From assembly GCA_964202905.1 (NCBI GenBank), contig CAXNJO010000009.1:64001-128000 (forward strand): 64,000 nt of DNA, in the 5' to 3' direction. Under the pieces are notes generated by a model. That model did not search any database. It was not told the origin of the DNA and saw only the letters and a list, made by a program, of their open reading frames with translations. This DNA comes from Polyangiales bacterium (GTDB lineage: Bacteria; Myxococcota_A; Polyangia; Polyangiales; JADJQN01). This document shows positions 60,744 to 64,000 of this stretch, one piece after another; positions within the stretch are counted from its first letter, which is position 1, and every line of letters starts with the position of its first letter. The position numbers and the translations under genes were made by a program.

Positions 60744-61610
60744 CTACGGTGCCGGCTCGCGCAGGAGCTGCTCGACGAGGGCGCGCAGCCGCGCGAGCGA
60801 GGCGCCGTCCGCGCCGACGAACAGCTCGCGGACGCGGCCGCCGCGGTCGAGCACGGCGAGCGTCGGCACCGCCCGCACCCCGAAACGACGGCCCGCGCCA
60901 TCCACGTCACGCGCGATGGTGTAGGTCACTGGCGACCGCGCGAGGTGGGCGCGGACGCGCTCGGCGCGCTCGTCGGTGAGCCCGAGGACGGTGAGCCCCT
61001 GCGCGTGGTGCGCGCGGTGCAGGCGGTCGAGCTCGGGCATGATGCGCCGGCAGGGCCCGCACCAGGTCGCCCAGAAGTCGAGCACGACGACGCGCCCGCG
61101 CAGCGCCTCGAGGCTCGCCGGGTCGGGCCCCGAGAGGCGCTCGGCCTGCACGGCCGGCGCCGGGCCGCCCACCAGCGTCGCGGGGCCGGGCGCGGCGTCG
61201 CGCGGTGCGGCGGCGAGCGTCGCGCGCAACGTGCTGATGCTGCTGCCGCGGCGCACCTGCAAGCTCACCGCGCGCCCGGGCACCCAGGCCGCGACGAGCG
61301 CGGCGAGCTCGTCGTGCGTCCGCGGCGAGGCGTCCTCGATGCGCGCGAGCGTGTCGCCGGGGCGGAGCCCCGCGAGCGCAGCGGGCGAGCCGGGCACGAC
61401 CTCGACGACGACCAGCCCCGCGGACCGAGGCTCGGTCGCGATGCCGAGGAAGGCGCGGGCACCGCCTCCGTTCGGCGCGGCGCGCGCGAGGTCGTTCACG
61501 CCGGGCAGCAGCGCGAGCGCGCCGAGCAGCGCGAGCGCGAGGCCGACGCCTCCGAGCGAGCGGGCGAGGCGGGCCCCGGCGAGCGAGCGAGGCGCGAGGC
61601 GGCGACGCAT
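60744..61610 (-). CDS. PDZ domain plus TlpA-like thioredoxin, exported
   Basis: Signal/TM; FLGI..VVPGSPAALAGLRPGD (PDZ); VLDFWATWCGPC; VPT. Confidence 0.88.
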   Translation of the reverse strand: MRRRLAPRSLAGARLARSLGGVGLALALLGALALLPGVNDLARAAPNGGGARAFLGIATEPRSAGLVVVEVVPGSPAALAGLRPGDTLARIEDASPRTHDELAALVAAWVPGRAVSLQVRRGSSISTLRATLAAAPRDAAPGPATLVGGPAPAVQAERLSGPDPASLEALRGRVVVLDFWATWCGPCRRIMPELDRLHRAHHAQGLTVLGLTDERAERVRAHLARSPVTYTIARDVDGAGRRFGVRAVPTLAVLDRGGRVRELFVGADGASLARLRALVEQLLREPAP

Positions 61611-61698
61611 GGGCGCGCAGCCTAGCAGCGGGCCGAGGTGGTGCGACGGCCGGCAACGCCGCGGTGCCCGCACGCCGGACGCGGTGTACAAACGGGAC

Positions 61699-64000
61699 GT
61701 GCGAACTCGGACCGCGATCGTGCTCGCGCTGCTCGGCGCGCTCTCGCTCGGGTTCGAGTGGGAGGGGCGGCTCGCGCGGCTCGAGGCGGAGCTCGCGTCG
61801 GGCGATGCGTCGCGACGGCGCGAGGTCGTGCGGCAGCTCGCGAGTCACCCCGCCGCTGCGGTGCGGGAGCCGCTGCGCCGCGCGCTCGCGGACGAAGACG
61901 CGACGGTGCGGCTCGAGGCCGCGGACGTCGCAGGGCAGCTGCAACTCCTCGAAACCACGCCGATTCTCATCGAGTGGCTGGATGATCCGACGTCGCGCGA
62001 CGCAGCGGCGGCGACACGCGCGCTCGGACGGATCGGCGACGCGGCGCACCACGCGCGGCTCGTGCGCGCGCTCGGGGACGGCGACGCCCGCGTGCGACGC
62101 GCGGCGGTGGGGGCGGTCGCCACGCTCGGCGGCGCCGAGGCGGTGGTCCCGCTGCTCGGGCGCCTCGACGACGACGACCCACAGGTGCGCGTGGACGCGG
62201 CGGTCGCGCTCGGGGCGCTGCGCGACGGTCGCGCGACGGTGCCGCTGATCGGTCGCGCGCGAGACGCGACGCCCGAGGTGCGGGCCGCCGTGTTCGCCGC
62301 GCTCGGCACGCTCGGGGACGCGCGCGGCGTCACGCCGCTAGTGCAGGGACTGCGCGACGATCACGAGGACGCGCGGCTCGCGGCGATCGGCGCGCTTGGA
62401 CGCCTCGGCACGGCGGCGGCGATCGACGCGCTCGCCGAGCGGCTCGAGGTCGAGGGCCCCGCGCCAAGCGGGCGCTCGTCGCCGCGCTCGGCGCGCACGG
62501 CGCCCACGCCGAGGCGGGGCCGCGCGCGCTCGAGGCCACGGTCGGCGCGCTCGCCGATCCGGACACCGCGTCGATCGCCGCGGAGGCCTCGCGCTGCTCG
62601 CGCGGCGTCGCGCGCGACGCCCGGGGCCGCTGGCGCGCCGACGCGCCGCGGCGACCACCGCTGCGGCGGCGCCGCCTTGCAGCGCCACGGGAATCGGTCC
62701 TCACCGCGCTCGCGGCCGGCCTCGACCGCGGCGTCGCGCCGACCGCGATCACGCGCACGCTGGCGCGGCTCGCCGAGGACGGCCCGATCGACGCGGCGGG
62801 TCCGGCCCTCGCTCGGGCGGTCGACGCGCTCGACGCCGCGCGCGCCCGCCTCTCCCCGGGAGCGCGGGCGCGAGAGTCCGCGCGCGGAGCCGAGGCGCCG
62901 CTGCTGCGCGCGCTCGCGCTCGCCGGCGGGGACGCCGTGCTGGTGCGGCTGCTCGAGGCGCTCGGCGACGAGGACGACGCGCGTGCGGCCGCGGCGCTCG
63001 ACGCGCTGTCGGCCTACTTCGATCGCGCGCCGGCCGATGGACGCGCCGCCGATCCGCTGATCGCCGCGCTCGGGCGCGTGCCGCGCGAACGCCGCGCCGA
63101 CGTCGTGACGCTGCTCGGCCGTGTCGCGGCGCGCCGCGCCGCGCCGACGCTCGCGCCGCTGCTGGCCAGCGCCGACGCGTCGCTGCGCCTCGCCGCGGCA
63201 CGCGCTCTCGGCGCGCTCGGCGACCCGACCGGCGCCGCGCAGCTCGCACGTCTCCTCGACGATCGCGACGCGCGCGTGCGCTTCGAGGCGGCCGTCGCGC
63301 TCGCCCGCAGCCCCGATCCCGCGGTGCTCGCTGCGATCGCAGCGCGGCTCTCGGGCACGGCGCCCGCGGACCGCCACGCGCTCGCGGTCGCGCTCGGCGG
63401 GATGCTCGCGACGCACCGGGCCGCGGCGGGCCCGGAGACCGAGCGCGCGGCGCCCCTCGCGGCGCTGCTTCGTGCCGCGCGGAGCGACGACGCGGGCCTC
63501 TCCGCGCGTGCGCTCGATGCGCTCGCGGTCGCGGCCGATCCCGGGTCGCTCCCGGGGTTGCTCACCCTCGCGCGAGAGCCCGCCGCGTCGCGCCGCACGG
63601 CGGCCCTCCGCGCGCTCGCCGCGTTCGCCGATCCGCGCGCGGTCGACGCCCTGCGCGCCGCCATCGACGACCCGGCGCTCGCGCTCACCGCGCTCGGCGG
63701 CCTCGGCGAGCACGGCGGCGCCTCCGACGCCGAGCTCGCTCTTCGACGCAGCGACGCGCGCGCGCTGGCCGAGCTCCGCCGCGGCCGCGTTTGCGCTCGC
63801 GCGGCTCGCGCGACGCGGCGCGCGTCGCCGGCGTACCCCGGGCCGCGGAGCGCCTCTGCGCGCTCTTCGGTGCGCGCGATCCGTACGTGCGCGCCAACGC
63901 GGCGACCGCGCTCGCCGCGCTCGACGCGAGGCGCGTGCACGTCTCCGGCGGTCGACCCGCGCGCGCTGCTCGGCCCCGCGCACGCCGAAGCCGTGCGAGT
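61699..64000 (+). CDS. HEAT/PBS-lyase repeat protein with signal peptide (3' truncated; frameshifts from ~62467)
   Basis: Repeated L.D.D..VR..AA.ALG units. Confidence 0.8.

Overview
Very GC-rich (roughly 75% by eye) chromosomal segment. Gene content (PEGA-domain Ser/Thr kinases, Cys-rich lipoproteins, HEAT-repeat protein, S1P-lyase homologue) points to a myxobacterium (Myxococcota, probably Polyangiales-like); this assignment is an inference. It carries about 49 protein genes and one initiator tRNA-Met. Housekeeping genes: rlmB, guaB-guaA, hutU-hutI, parC-parE (topo IV-like), leuS, thiD, serA-like, rluB, lepA, miaB, mntP. There are many uncharacterised envelope proteins. I saw no rRNA, CRISPR array, transposase or integrase. 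Several genes contain isolated 1-nt indels, including compensating ones in lepA, most likely sequencing or assembly errors. Best candidate for an undescribed system: directly downstream of parC-parE lies a ParA/Soj ATPase fused to two N-terminal Cys4 TRASH/MYM-like metal-binding modules, followed by a small ribbon-helix-helix partner, with direct repeats both upstream (2 x 19 bp) and downstream (4 x 14 bp). This is the layout of a type Ib partition cassette but on a chromosome and with a possible metal or redox input. Other leads: a GT2 synthase fused to a clan GH-A glucanase/transglycosylase domain, a window-wide pattern of TANNNT boxes 6-9 nt before start codons (likely leaderless mRNAs), an S1P-lyase gene coupled to an M81 amidase, and a kinase / SprT-like protease / pseudokinase trio.
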